A stretch of DNA of 60,815 nt, filler included, from Globobulimina sp. (Eukaryota), in assembly GCA_003354225.1 (NCBI GenBank). It is 4 parts of 4 records of this genome, joined end to end, with 100 filler letters (N's around TTAATTAATTAA, not from the genome) between each part and the next. Parts side by side here need not be neighbours in the genome. Positions count along the whole stretch, not along the records: positions 1 to 15,923 come from PIVH01000004.1; positions 16,024 to 31,075 come from PIVH01000005.1; 2 more parts are not named here. The stretch is one strand, 5' to 3'. Below the pieces are notes generated by a model. That model searched no databases and was not told the DNA's origin. It was given only the letters and a program-made list of their open reading frames with translations. Within the stretch, counting starts at the first letter, position 1; every line of letters starts with the position of its first letter. Made by a program: the position numbers and the translations under genes. This document shows positions 9,701 to 22,116 of this stretch, one piece after another.

Positions 9701-11738
9701 TAACTTCATCTATTAAATCAAATGCTGATATGTATTCAAACCATGTTTGTAACATCTTAGTACTAAATGCATTCTTATTACCATCATCATATTTCTCTTT
9801 AGCTGTTATGTATCTCTTGTATAGTTGACCTACTTGTCTCTCTGCTACCTTAACAAATCTAATTAACCCTTCAGCTATTCCAGGTTCTCCTTGTAATTCC
9901 TCTAATTCAGATTCTAACATAGTAACATAAGTAGATTCATTCTTCTGCTTATAAATACCTATCTTCTTCTGTAGTGTATCCTTAGCTCTAATTATGAGAT
10001 CACGCTTATCTGTATTAAGGTGTTTAATGTCATCAACTATATTATACCCTGACAATGCTTTCCTATTATATTCAGAAGCTACTTCACCTTTAAGTGTAGA
10101 TTGATCTTGAGTCATCATTTGATTAGCTAATTTTCTAACTGCTGATTTCTCAATACCAAGTAATATTTTTAATCTTCTAAAGAACCTAACTAACCATCGC
10201 TCCCAACGAGCCATGTCTTGTTCTTCCTTAAATATTTTATATGTTTCTTTACCTAATGCTTCAGATAGTATCTCTTTATCTAATCTACTATCTTCAATTT
10301 GCACTAACTCTGGATATGCATTTGTAACTCTAGTTTCTAATTCAGTACCTTGTAATTCTTTTAAACCAGCTCTAACTAATGGATTATCTAAACCACCAGC
10401 TAAATCTATCATTAAGTGCCCAAATTCGTGTCCTATGGTACTTTTGGTTAGTAGTACTGGATTAACTATCAATCTAGTACCACCTGCTTCTAAACGTCCT
10501 GTAATAGACATTGTAGGATCTTCTATAATTTCCTTAACATGTGGAAAATTCTCATGTAATTGATCTCTTAATTCTCGATATTCTAAATATGGAATAGGAT
10601 CATTACTGATTCCTCTTCTTTGATCAAAACTTAATTCATCAAATAAACTACCTTCATCTTTTAAAGGTTTTACTATTGGAGAAAAGATCTGTCTAATATC
10701 ATTTTCTTCCATAAATTCTATAGTCTCACCTTCAAATGTAGATATATAAGTTATATTACCTGAAGCTTCATCACCTTCTTTGACTTCTTTATTCTCTATA
10801 AATCCTTTTATTTTTCTTTCTATTTCTTCTTTAGGTAAAGAAATATTCCTACGTTCATAAGAAATAAAATCAGATATTTTACCTTTAAAATTTAATTCTG
10901 GAATATTTAAATTAACATCTCCTGCTTCTTTAAGTAAACTTCTAGCAGCATTTTCTAAATTAACTCTATGTGTTCTATTCGCTAATAAAGGTCTTCCTGT
11001 AGGAGTTTTATAATTTCTTAAATATCCATCAGGATCATATTCTACTAAAAATTCATTATTATTATAAGTAAATCGTATACCTGAATATTGTATTTTACCA
11101 GTATTTTTTATATTTTCTAGGTACTCAAAGAATGCATGAGTTCCACCAGCAGTCTGTATCTCTATTTCTTCTTCTACACTTGCTATATAAGAATCAATAT
11201 TTTCAGCTGTAATTAATGAATCATTAGTATTATTGTAATATAATTTACCATTTAAATTACTCAACCCATAACTTGAATCTTCATATGTAATTAATTTACT
11301 TACTTTATCAATAGGATCTTCTATAATAGGTTCAGTTATTTCAAAAGGAACTATTACTTTAATTCTAGTATTAGCTTTACTATCAGTTTGAAATTTGAAT
11401 GAACTAATATTAGCTTCAGGGTATCTATCACGTAATTCAGTAACTAATTTTTTAGCTTTATTTGGAGTAAATCCTTGTAATATTTTAGTTCTTTTACCAT
11501 TTTCATCAGTACGCCATCTTTCAATTAAATCTTCACTATTTTCAATAAACCATACATCAGGATTATTATTATCTGATAACTCATCACCTTTTTCTTTTTT
11601 ATAAATTTGAGCAATATCATACCTAGATGGTATTTCTTCACCATGTGAATCATATATATACAATGCATCTTCAGGACCGAATAGGTCTACCATTAACTTA
11701 TAATCAGGGTGATTTACGTTTGGACATTTTTTAGCCAT
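6753..11738 (-). CDS. Giant virion cargo/ejection protein with zincin-like HExxH motif
   Basis: 1661 aa, directly downstream of the vRNAP gene. TIGHEFGHL at 10416-10430 with downstream EILSEALG; hydrophobic C-terminal helices. Confidence 0.7.
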   Translation of the reverse strand: MAKKCPNVNHPDYKLMVDLFGPEDALYIYDSHGEEIPSRYDIAQIYKKEKGDELSDNNNPDVWFIENSEDLIERWRTDENGKRTKILQGFTPNKAKKLVTELRDRYPEANISSFKFQTDSKANTRIKVIVPFEITEPIIEDPIDKVSKLITYEDSSYGLSNLNGKLYYNNTNDSLITAENIDSYIASVEEEIEIQTAGGTHAFFEYLENIKNTGKIQYSGIRFTYNNNEFLVEYDPDGYLRNYKTPTGRPLLANRTHRVNLENAARSLLKEAGDVNLNIPELNFKGKISDFISYERRNISLPKEEIERKIKGFIENKEVKEGDEASGNITYISTFEGETIEFMEENDIRQIFSPIVKPLKDEGSLFDELSFDQRRGISNDPIPYLEYRELRDQLHENFPHVKEIIEDPTMSITGRLEAGGTRLIVNPVLLTKSTIGHEFGHLMIDLAGGLDNPLVRAGLKELQGTELETRVTNAYPELVQIEDSRLDKEILSEALGKETYKIFKEEQDMARWERWLVRFFRRLKILLGIEKSAVRKLANQMMTQDQSTLKGEVASEYNRKALSGYNIVDDIKHLNTDKRDLIIRAKDTLQKKIGIYKQKNESTYVTMLESELEELQGEPGIAEGLIRFVKVAERQVGQLYKRYITAKEKYDDGNKNAFSTKMLQTWFEYISAFDLIDEVKEEIKKTVGFDKLKKEHKMSFETINDIIDMKNEIKRAYRTYGYEYLADFLLNDENPIYTRIAKDAEIRAEKEWLNENKDTRGTLEDYKKKFLGEHANKIKNDSRLHLIAELKEAQFDITYLERWVGNAPDINDPIVSVMIKAISLQNMKARKEGIEFVNKMYKKVQALEKVVPERLFSSPEKRYSFMMEHDEKTKKPTGSIIHPFKSTMIKTYIDYKTSINEDIKLSDLQKESKIRAWKDKNVPLNKKKFKAARKSFIKDELYANDKITAAEMERVFANDAKKRPKNIVFVLKDNVEAAEAINQWVYRNAWDYREPIEKWRNPEWKKFDKIDEKDPRKEFYNFTLAAIEESDSWLSQKYRLNWYGLSYQIPTIEKDITERIVEGQKPVTIMEKAVGMDITKHQYDVDRGQVGETGEKEVIVDELDKVKMFLPMYYSGVFDIKNQSFDIATAVNKRYQSALNYKYKYEILSEVELSKYLVETRKVVFTDTKGNPLKNANKLLRKRELTKEGAVSLIALRYADWLKAEYYGQRTAEGVDVNVFGMKVNSEKAIDMLNANTAYVLLGLNAVQGIANYGLGEIMQRIEAHGGEFYTPKNYFKASRKYEVHLPEIIADLSRRRYTNLVDLIGERLNILDDYKRAPKFRKKGFFQRMMRTDTLFFTNHVGEHMMQHKAAMAMLDNILAKDKEGNTIKKNNGKDMTLMDAFYAEDGVLKIDDRVAITDHELDIISFKIQRKLADMHGDYTDEGRMAIQRWALGRMGGMFRKFIPTGIKRRYASSRKLEDGTRQYKYNEFGEYNYEGTYRTTARFMGSLIKDLFKMRNTMQQGFSEGSKYNQLTQLERANLIKTAGEVGFLMTTIILGSIFLQKKGEADDERTKWYYSMLAYQALRLKSELLFFVNPVETFRILRSPAASMSVIENLIKLVTLVVNPFDDESAGARFQGGDWEGRLKASKYLTNSLGFMAPIKQASRWINIESQLNWFDN

Positions 11739-11739
11739 A

Positions 11740-14700
11740 CTATTTTCTATTTAATCCTATACAATGTTTATATTTCTTACTTAATTCTTCTCTATTCTGT
11801 TCAGTATTCTGAGTAACATCAACAACCATGCCACTATACTTAGGTATATCAAACATACTTGTTTGTGTAGCATCTGGTTTTATTTCTTGTAATATAGATT
11901 TCTCAGTAAATTCTTGCTCTAATTGTTCAAATTCAATATCTTTAACTTGAGATATATCTTGACCAATACTACTATTTATAAATGCATCAATTGCAATAAA
12001 CCCTAAATATTTATTACTACTGCCTATATTATGTAAGTTTTCAGGTAATAAATTAAGTCTAGTTTCTTCAGGTATATTAACTTTATTCTCTTCAAATACA
12101 GAATCTGAATAACCATATTCTTTAAATGTAGATCCTTTATGATAAAATCCTAATTTATTAGTTATAGTATATACAGGTTGTACATCTGTACCTTTAAGTA
12201 CATATCCTTGATATTTATATAATTGCATTTTACCAGCAGATTCCATTTTAACATATGGTCTAAACATTGGTTCACCACCAACTTCATTAGTCCAACCTGT
12301 TAGTAATTCAATTATCTTATTATCTTTGGATATCTTACCTTGAGCTTTATCCATCTTGAATATTGCTATTGCATTAGCATCATCTTGTGTTCTATCATCA
12401 CTTAATTTGATTCTATCTACTGTATTACCCCATAACACTTTAGGTACTATATTATCATTCTCCCAATTATGCTTATAAAAGTCATCTAAATAATTTAGTA
12501 ATGCATCAGTTCCTACTTCAGTATTATTCATAATCTTTAACTGTTCTATTATAAATTCATTATACCCTATATCTTTCATATAGGTTACAGGAACGTATTG
12601 AAAATATGAATAAATATTTCTTTTAAATCCTGATGATATAAATGAATTTATCATTAACTCTCTACCAAACTCTCTAACTTTAGGATTCTCATGAGTAAAT
12701 AAGTCACCCCATGAACTAGTATGATCATCTTTATCCCATTTCTCCTTAACCTGAGTATTATAAGATAATATCATGTCAGGCATATTCTCACTACTCTTTT
12801 CAAAATTAGGTTTTAATGACTTAATTAATCTGTAGTCTTTAATATCTGGAAATAAATTACCAAGTTTAATCTCATTCAATTTATTAGCAGTACTATTCTC
12901 ACCAAATATGAATTGCTCATATCCTTCTTGTGATAAGCCTAATCCCATAGTTTGATTAACAAAGAATCTAGATACTATGATTGAAAATAACTCATCTGCT
13001 ATATTATTAATAAGTACAGCATCAGCAGTATACTTCTTACCTAACTGTTCTAATATAACATCATGTACTCTTAAAAATGCTGTAGTTCCTGTTATAGTTT
13101 TATTTCTAAATACCTCATTAGCTAATCCTATACTATTATTAAATATTGTACCCAAAAATGTATTTTCAAATAACTTATTGAAATTATTAATCATACCATC
13201 AAACTTAACTTTATTAATTTTGTTAAGTATCGTTTTAATTTCTACTAAGTTTTTATATTTTGGAGTATCAAGTCTAGATACAGATACTGCTTCATTTAGA
13301 TAATATGCAGAACCGTTAATATTATTGAACTCATCTAATATTTGTAATTGTCTTTTATAAAATTCAGTATTGTGATCAGTCTTGTGATTAATATCTTTTC
13401 TAAGTCTTTCCTTATCCCATATCTTATCTTGTGATCTATCTTTAACCTTAGCTGTAGAATCATTATCAGTCATTCTATTCTGCCATCTCTTTTTAATTAT
13501 ATTCATTGGCTTACCTGATACATTCTTAACTTCACCTGCCTGTAATCTAGCTTCTTTAGTATAATCTTTAATTATAGGTTGTGATAAGAAATAGAATGTT
13601 TTCTCACCAACACCAGCTCTAATAAGTAAATTAACAATACTATGTGTATCTTTATTTACATTTAATTCATATATATATGAATCTTTAGCAATATCTAAGT
13701 GAGCATTAACTAAACCGTTTAACCAGTCAGTTATATATACAAATTCTTTACCTGTTTTTTCTTTATCAGTTTGTTTAGATAAATCAGTATACGCATTGAT
13801 AGGATCATTATGACCTATACCTAAATCTACATTAATACCAAGACCAACTAATTGACCCATGATATGATGTACATTACTAACTGCATATGAACTAATACCA
13901 TCACTACCACCTAAGTATTCAGATTTAACACTTGATTGGTATCTAGGAGATAATTCATATCCTGCCCATGTGTGCTGCTTATCTCTAGCTTCTAACTTTC
14001 TAACATCATCAACGATTGTATTTCTAAGTAAGTCAGTAGCTGTATCTAAAGGAGTAAGTATTGATATAAAGTGTTTTTCGTCTTCGAGTATAGCAAAATA
14101 AGAATCTAATAATCTATTCTCTAATGCTTTCTTCTCTGTCTTATTATCTTCTGTGTACTCAATTTTTGTAGATGTTTCCTGATTAGTTTCGTAATTATAT
14201 CTTGCTAAATATAATTTATCAATATCAAAGTCAAAACCTGCTAATGTAACAGCTTCTGCTGGTAATATAATAGTATCTGCTGCCTGCTCAGGTAGTACAT
14301 CTTTAACTTCTATAGTAAATACTGAACTTTGTCCTGACGTAGGAATACGATAACCTATTATTTTAGGTCTCATTTCTTGTATAAACTTTCTCTTCTCACC
14401 CCATGTAAGATTTGCATAATCAGGTATTATATTTTTAAATAAATTGATTGATACAATCGTTTCCATAGGTAATGTCTTAGTACCATCTTTACTAGGTCTC
14501 AAGAACTTAAGTTTATTATCTATACCAAAGTTTGTCATTTGAATAAACGCATTACCTGGTAAATTCAAGTCAATAGTCTCTTTAGTAATTAATGATATTA
14601 ATCTATTTTCAATTTCTTTTCTGTTAGGTAACGCATCTGAGTGCATGTAAGGCTTATCTGTAGTCTCATCAATGCTTAATGCATTTAATGCATTATCAGT

Positions 14701-15923
14701 AATACCTGATTTAGAACCATCCCTAGTTAACATATTAGCTATTTTAACTGGATCTCCTATTCTACCACTCTCTGGATCAGTACCTATTTGTTGTACAAAT
14801 TTCTCTTTACCTATATTAGATAACTTATTCATGGTATCATTAATGGTATTAATCAGTTCTAACCCCTTAATGGGTTCACCGTTTAAATCATATGTACCAG
14901 TTTTATCAACATTACTCATTACAATCTTCTTCAACTGAGTACCTAATGGTATATTGCTAACATCATGTGGTTCAGTTACTTGTTGTTTCTTAAGTGCTGA
15001 AAAATCTTGTTGTAATGTAGGTAAATCTTCTTTAGTAAAATCTTTTAATTGTGTATAATCATCATTTGCATAATAATTATGTTTTTCACGTTTTCCTATC
15101 TTAATGGCACTTTCAAATTTGACATAATCAATACGATCCATGTCTTTATATTTACCTGTAGCTTCCATTCTATCTAACAGATTATCTAAATCAGTACCTT
15201 CTGTTACTCTCCTAAATAATGGAGCAATAGCCATCTTATCGTATTCTGGAATATCTAAACTATTCTCAACAGAGTTCCCAAAATACATTAATTTCAATAT
15301 TGATAACGAAACTTTCATTGCTGTTTCTTCTTGAGAAGGTTCTAAGAACTTATTCGACATTAATAAATCAAATGCTCTTTGTTTTGTATCATCCCAAGTA
15401 CCATATCTAATATTAAGTTCTCTCCACATGTCACCGGTAACGAATACCTGAGCATCACTAGGGTCTATACCACCTTTATATGCTGCTAATTTAGTTTCTG
15501 CAATATATTTAGCATCAGCTGCACCATATCCATTCTTCTCTAACATTTCAATATACTTCTTCTTGATCTCTTCGTAATGTATAGCAGTAAATTTTTCAGT
15601 AGCTAATGTAGTTGATGTGAATGTATCACGACCATGGAACTCATTACCAGCAGGAAAATCACTACGTGCTTCATCACCTGTAGACATAAGTGCAGTAGAA
15701 CGTTTAACTTGATCTTTTCTAGTACTCTTAATAGTCTTATCCATAACAAAGAATGCTGGATCACCTAAGAATAACTTATCAGTCTCAATCTTACTCATCA
15801 TTGTATTAACAGAAAAGTTAGCTAATATCTTATATATTGCTCTAGTTTTGTTACCATTAAATTCATTTTTAGCAACACTGTCTCCTAATGGTTGATCTAT
15901 TAAATTATTATCTGTTATTATTC
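11740..15923 (-). CDS. Virion-packaged two-barrel RNA polymerase (phi14:2 gp66-like), 5' truncated
   Basis: Catalytic GFDFDIDKL (DFDID at 14218-14232), GYRIPTSGQSS, DAQVFV. The reading frame stays open to the contig end at 15923. Confidence 0.88.
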
Positions 15924-16023
15924 NNNNNNNNNNNNNNNNNNNNNNNNNNNNNNNNNNNNNNNNNNNNTTAATTAATTAANNNNNNNNNNNNNNNNNNNNN
16001 NNNNNNNNNNNNNNNNNNNNNNN
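15924..16023. other. Artificial contig spacer
   Basis: N-run, TTAATTAATTAA (stops in all frames), N-run. Confidence 0.99.
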
Positions 16024-16048
16024 TGATCATACAATCAATATAAAATGT

Positions 16049-16960
16049 TCATAACAGAGTTATAAAAAGTTCATAAACTAATTGCGAATAATATGACGTT
16101 GTGGCAAATTTATCCAATTTATCCAATTTCGTATCCCATTGACGCCGATGATATACATTTAATAATACACCTAAAATAATTGGAGTTGAATATGGAAATA
16201 CAACGCCTTCCCCTTTAATGATATCAATTGCTTCATTTGCTACGCTGTGCGAATATATTCTCATATCTTCTTTTATGGCTTTCTGTTTCCATTCAATTCC
16301 ATTTCGCCATTTCCTCCATTTATTGAATAATTTAAGTGCATCATAAATGTCTTTCTCATATTTATTTTGTTTATCTCCAAACGCATCATAATTATTTATA
16401 AAATTATCCAACATTGTTTCGTGTTGTCGACGTGTTGCATTTTTAATATTTGCTAAAGGTCTGTTTATCCATTCTTTATCTGTTGGTATTAAATCTAAAT
16501 ATTCTTTACTCTCAAAAAAATCTTTGTTTTTTGAAACAATTTCTTGCATTTTCGTTAATTGAAAAGTAGTCGGTGTTGGATATTGATAACTTGCAATTGA
16601 ATTATTATTATTATTCGAATCGTATTGTTCTTTAACTTCTTTTTCTTCCTCTTCCTCTTCATTATAATTATATTCTTCTTCCTCAATATCATAACTTCTG
16701 CTGCTTCTGCTGTTGATTTGTGTAATTTGAGTGGGTAATTCATCAAATTGATGTGATGGTGTTTCTGGTTGCGATTTGTCAATAAAATTTAGAAATATCC
16801 ATGAAGATATAAGATAAAAAAGTAAATAGAGGATAATGAAACGAGCGCAATTGAGTTTTCCCATAGAGATTAAACCAAGAGACATTGCTCCACGTAATGC
16901 TCCAATAAAAGAAAAATGACCAATCAATGTCTTGGGGGATTGTGGTAGTAACAACCTCAT
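16049..16960 (-). CDS. Eukaryotic hypothetical protein with N-terminal membrane anchor
   Basis: Hydrophobic FIILYLLFYLISSWIFL segment, acidic low-complexity stalk, globular C-terminus. Confidence 0.55.
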   Translation of the reverse strand: MRLLLPQSPKTLIGHFSFIGALRGAMSLGLISMGKLNCARFIILYLLFYLISSWIFLNFIDKSQPETPSHQFDELPTQITQINSRSSRSYDIEEEEYNYNEEEEEEKEVKEQYDSNNNNNSIASYQYPTPTTFQLTKMQEIVSKNKDFFESKEYLDLIPTDKEWINRPLANIKNATRRQHETMLDNFINNYDAFGDKQNKYEKDIYDALKLFNKWRKWRNGIEWKQKAIKEDMRIYSHSVANEAIDIIKGEGVVFPYSTPIILGVLLNVYHRRQWDTKLDKLDKFATTSYYSQLVYELFITLL

Positions 16961-17195
16961 TTTTGCGATTACAAATGCTTAGTTGTTATTTTATTTTTTT
17001 AGTCTGACGCCATGTCTTCAAATGGGTAGTCGGACTTTTCATAGAAACGAAGGCAAATCCAGCACAAAGTTATATCAAATGGATAAATGTATCTCAATAA
17101 AAATAAATATACAATGAATGGCATGCACTTGAAATGGGGATCGTGTCTCATTTTTTATTAACAAGTTTGGTCCAAAACTTATATTTATCCATTTA

Positions 17196-18212
17196 TCACA
17201 AATACGTTGCTTCAATATTTCTACTTAAAATAGATTTTTCTGTTATTTGACGATATACATTTTTCTTTGCATATTTAATACAAACATAATAAACACATTG
17301 ATGACACTTCGGACAAATGATATTGTATATGTTTTCCATAAATTTGAATTGCAATAAAACACAGAATATATTTATTGTTGTGTCGACCGTATATACGATT
17401 ATAAATACATAATATACATTATTTGATTGAAATGATTGATAATCATATTCATTGAGTGTGTAATAAATATCATATATGAGCCATTGTAATGTAGCGATGT
17501 GTGCGGATATAATAGCAATAAATGATAATATGAATGATTTAACTATCGTATTTACAGTATTTTTTTGTGAAAACGTTAAATTAAATTCATAATCATAAGT
17601 CACATAGCTATAATCATGTGGTGTTACATTTTCATAGTCGGCAATCATTATTTGCGTGGTTGAGTGCAGCAATTTGTCTATAAATATCCATATGAATGAT
17701 ACTAACAAGATGTCAAATAATATTCCAATACTTGATTGTATGAGGTAACTTACACCGAAATATTTGTCTGAAATTTCAATCGTTTGTATATTTAATGAAT
17801 GCATAAATTGTGTGAATGTTGCAACAATATAAATAATCCAATTCATAAACACCAATATATACGATATTGTATACAAATATGGTTTAAGTTGATAGATTGT
17901 GTAATTAAATGTTATTTTAACTCTAAATATAAATAATAAATAAATAAACAAATTGCCAGTTCCATAAAATGCATTTGATATAGAATTTGTATAATGTAGA
18001 AATAGTCCCGTTAATTGGAGTAAAACTGACATGTTATATGTTAACATTGAACCCCATGCAAGCATAACCAATGCATTATTGCTCAATTGTTTCCCATGCT
18101 TTTGTTGGAAGTACAACGCAATCACACATAAGACAGTGTTAATTACAAATACAATGCAATAAACCGCGATTACCACGAATGAAAGCCATTTTGTATCTGG
18201 TAATTCAGCCAT
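17196..18212 (-). CDS. Seven-transmembrane (GPCR-like) protein
   Basis: About 7 hydrophobic helices, LFIFRVKITF after TM3, Cys-rich tail after TM7. Confidence 0.65.
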   Translation of the reverse strand: MAELPDTKWLSFVVIAVYCIVFVINTVLCVIALYFQQKHGKQLSNNALVMLAWGSMLTYNMSVLLQLTGLFLHYTNSISNAFYGTGNLFIYLLFIFRVKITFNYTIYQLKPYLYTISYILVFMNWIIYIVATFTQFMHSLNIQTIEISDKYFGVSYLIQSSIGILFDILLVSFIWIFIDKLLHSTTQIMIADYENVTPHDYSYVTYDYEFNLTFSQKNTVNTIVKSFILSFIAIISAHIATLQWLIYDIYYTLNEYDYQSFQSNNVYYVFIIVYTVDTTINIFCVLLQFKFMENIYNIICPKCHQCVYYVCIKYAKKNVYRQITEKSILSRNIEATYL

Positions 18213-18267
18213 TTTAACTGTACTAGCTTTTTATATATATATATTTAACCGTGAGATAACTGAGATT

Positions 18268-20142
18268 ATGGACATGGCTAGCAACGCAAATACATTCACT
18301 GATGGTAATGCAATGCAAACCCCTGGTTCGACAACAAGTACAAGCACATACACAACAGAAACAATTCCCAATATCGGTCAGATAATGAACAATGACAGTA
18401 ACGATAATAATGACAATAACAACAATGACTATGCAGAAATCACAACAGTTTTTGCTCGCACGGTGTGCTACATTGCACATTCTATATACATAAAATAAAA
18501 TAAAATATATTTACAGATGCAAGAAACAGCATTACAACAAATTCAACACGAACTTGAAGAACAATTGAGCAGATTAAAAAATTTACATAATAAAGAATTT
18601 TTAGCCGAAATGCAAGTAATTAAAAAAAATTTAAATTTAAGCGATACACAGATGTTAGAGATACTTTTAATGACTATGCGCGAAGTGCCTATCCGCCATA
18701 GAAATTTTCCCTGTATTTTTTGCTGTAATTGCTATATTCATATAAAACAGAAACATAATAATTGCGGTTTATTTACATCAACCATTGCAACACCGCCAAT
18801 AAGCAATACTGACACTGCCACTACCAGCAATTATGGCTCTATATCTAAATCGAATGGATGCGCTCAAACACCACCAACACCTGATGCTATCACGTATGCC
18901 TCAGCCAAAACTGTCAAACATCTCTCCTTCCGATCCTTATTTGATACCGATTTGGATGCAGCAGTGCCTCCACAGGCCGCCGATATTAAATTTATATTAG
19001 AATCTGAAGAAATGGATTATAAATTGGAGGACACGCATTCGACATCAATTGCGAATTACAATCGATATCAAACGCCAAATGCAGACAACACCAAAATGTA
19101 TATTGATACCTGTGGAATCACTGAAAATGGGCAAAAAACAGACAGTTTTTGTTTAAATGTTCTTTATAAAATACGCCAACTTTTTTTGTTTGTTGTACCA
19201 TTTCTTTACACATTTATATCGTCAATAATTGCCTTCATTATTCTTTTAGAGATTGTTACCGATTCGTATGATGAAAATGATATTTATTGCAATGTTTGCC
19301 ATCAAGTTCATGACATGTTTTATGGGCCAAAAGTGCATGACATTTTATTGAATGAAAGCCGATTTGAATTAATGTCCTTGTATTTCATTTTAGCATTGCG
19401 GATAACTACAATCCTATGTTGGTATATCTTATTGTTACATACTTTATTGTTTAACAATGGAATATCATGTTGTTGTGGATCAGGTTGCAGTGAAAACGAC
19501 GATGATATTTTAAATTATACGCATTATAATTTAATGAAGGATGCAAATAAGAACCAACAACGTAAGCGGACAAGGCACGAACCACAGCAACATACCACAA
19601 TTTTAATGAATTGCTCATTATCCATTCGCGAACATTTACGATGTAAATCAAGAACTATTACGCCTGTAAATATTATTAAATTCTATTTACGAATGGTTAT
19701 TGTTCCCAACATTGTCGCTGTGATTGTCCATATTTTAGTATTTGATGAATACAATGAATTCGTCGCATTTAATGACACGAGTACGTATCATATTAATTTT
19801 TATTTAAACATTTGTGTTTTATTCGGCTTTTATTGGACTTTAAGTGAATGGTTTTATTTTGAGAGAGAAAACGTTTTGGTTTCATGGAATGATGTTTTTA
19901 TCGTATTTATTATTGATTTAATATCAAATTGGATAAAATTATTATATGAAACATTTAATTTTTTATTGTTTTTAATTTTATCGATATTAATCTTCGTTCC
20001 ATTAACAATATTTGTTTTATTGAGAATTATATGTTGTCCATGTTTCTTTGGTTATAATAATGGTTCCGCATGTTTGATATGTAATTTATTTGAAACTTTT
20101 ATTGAATTTCTTCTCAAAGTAATTAAAACGTGTTACATATAA
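18268..20142 (+). CDS. Multi-pass membrane hypothetical protein (2 exons)
   Basis: Phase-0 intron 18463-18516 (GTGTGC..TTTACAG) joins the two ORFs; several TM segments in the C-half. Confidence 0.6.
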
Positions 20143-20305
20143 TATAGTAATAACTTTTTATATATCTGTATGTTAAGTGTTTTGAAATACTTTATTTTTT
20201 TGTGCGTGTATATTAATTACGTTCATATTCCACCTTGTTTTGAAGATATGAATACTAAGTACTTCGAGTTGTGTAGCTGTATCTTTAATATATCATTTTG
20301 TGACC

Positions 20306-22116
20306 ATGAACTCCTGGTTTTTGCTGATTGGATTGATATTATTCGTTTCACAGACAGCATCCTCAGATATTGAAGAGGTGGATGGAGAATATGTGGTGAC
20401 ATTGACAGAGCAGAATTTTGTTGATTTTGTAGGTAAACAAGAACGCACTTTAGTAGAATTTTATGCGCCGTGGTGTGGACACTGTAAAACATTGGCACCG
20501 AAATATGAAGAGGCAGCACGGATATTATCCGAGGAGACAGAGAGTGAAACAGTTTTAGCCAAAATAGATGGCACAAAAGCACCAACATTAGCATCCAAAT
20601 TTAAGATTGAAGGATATCCACACTTAGTATTGATCGAAGGTAAAGACACCATGCCATATGACGGTGGACGTGAAGCGCAAGAGATTGTTGATTGGGTTTT
20701 AAAACACGACCTTCCGGCATATGCACTTATAACTTACCAACAATTCGAAGAAATAAAAAATGAACAAATTGATTTCGAAACCCAACCAAACAGAGAATAT
20801 GAGATATTTGCATTCATCAAAAAAGGATCAAAAAGAGGTATGTTATATATTTGACACATCATTGATATATTTTTATGCATATTTTGCAAAGAGCGGTTAT
20901 ACAATGCTTTTACCAATGAATTGCGAGGCGAGACAGTAATGGCATTTTACAAGATTTATTTAGAAAATGATGATAAATACAAAGTGATAATGCGACGAAA
21001 CAATAAAAAGGATTTCTCCGATGAATTATTGGACGGTGAAGTTGAAGTCAGTTATAACGGCAAATTAGCCCCATCTAAAAAATCAACAAAATCGCTGTTC
21101 ACTTTCACATCCTACGACATTGGAAGTTGGATGCATGAGCATCGACTGCCATTTTTTGTAAATTTAGATGAAAAGGAAAATACTGCTCATCCGTATTCAA
21201 TATTATATAATGCGCCAAAAACGCCAAGAGGAGGAATTATTATTATTAGAATACCCGAAGACGACGCGGATGCCGTGCAAAAAGTATGTCTTTTTGTCTA
21301 TGCGCAAGGATAATAAATGATGTGTTATGCCTTGAAATACAGTTAAAAACAGAATTGATTGATGTTGTACGGGAATTGAGAGCCAATGAAGGTTATATAA
21401 CTTTATTAACATCGCAAGATAATGCATTCGAACGTATTGGTTTTACGAGTGATATTCAAATATTATTAATAAAAAAATCAGTGGAGAAAATACCAAAATT
21501 ACCAACTGGTCATCAAGCAATGGAGGCCGATCCCAATCGGAATAATCCCGGTTCTTACTTTACGCAACAACATGAAAAACGCACTGGATTCAAAACAAAG
21601 GAAACATTGCGAGAATATAGATATCAATACAGCGCGGATAGTGATGTGAATAGTGCTGTTTTGAGGCAATTTGTTCGGGAAACACTTGTGGATAAAACAA
21701 CAAAGAGATGGATACGTTCATCAATGAATACGGAGAGTGATGATGATATTTATTATGATATTGTTACTGCGAACACATTTGATGAATATGCATTGGATAA
21801 AGGTAGTGATTCATTGATATTATATTGTACATCGTGGAGCAGATATTGCCAACCCTTAATGGAGGAATATAGTAATTTGGCTAAACATATACAAACATAT
21901 TATAAAGAGAAAGGTATTAAAATTGGTTATTTGGATTGTGATGAAAACGATGTGGATGATATTCGGGTGAATGCATTTCCGACGTTGATATTGTACGTGG
22001 CGGGAACTGATAAAATTACTAAAGGGAAATTATTATCACAGCAACAGAGAACTATGGACGAGATTGTTGATTTTATTGACGAGCATGCAACAAGTTTAAA
22101 TAAACAGGAATTGTAA
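20306..22116 (+). CDS. Protein disulfide isomerase family protein (3 exons)
   Basis: Signal peptide; FYAPWCGHCK; second thioredoxin domain with WSRYC; C-terminal KQEL ER-retention-like signal; two GTATGT..AG introns. Confidence 0.9.

Larger units (their letters stand above)
1..15923. mobile_element. crAss-like (Crassvirales-type) bacteriophage genome fragment
   Basis: Very AT-rich, intronless, overlapping genes. SSB/primase/PD-(D/E)XK/DUF5664 module converges on giant genes including a DFDID two-barrel RNA polymerase, a hallmark of crAss-like phages. Confidence 0.88.

Noticed and set aside
6757-15334. Short plus-strand ORFs opposite the giant phage genes (and similar antisense ORFs throughout 48164-59515)
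   Set aside because: Antisense shadows of long coding frames with no motifs.
1-15923. Stop-codon reassignment as in some crAss-like phages
   Set aside because: Genes are full length in the standard code, and TAG ends the vRNAP gene immediately before the next start.
15900-16050. Phage genes adjacent to eukaryotic genes (apparent integration or horizontal transfer)
   Set aside because: The junction is an artificial N/TTAATTAATTAA spacer, so adjacency across any of the three spacers has no biological meaning.
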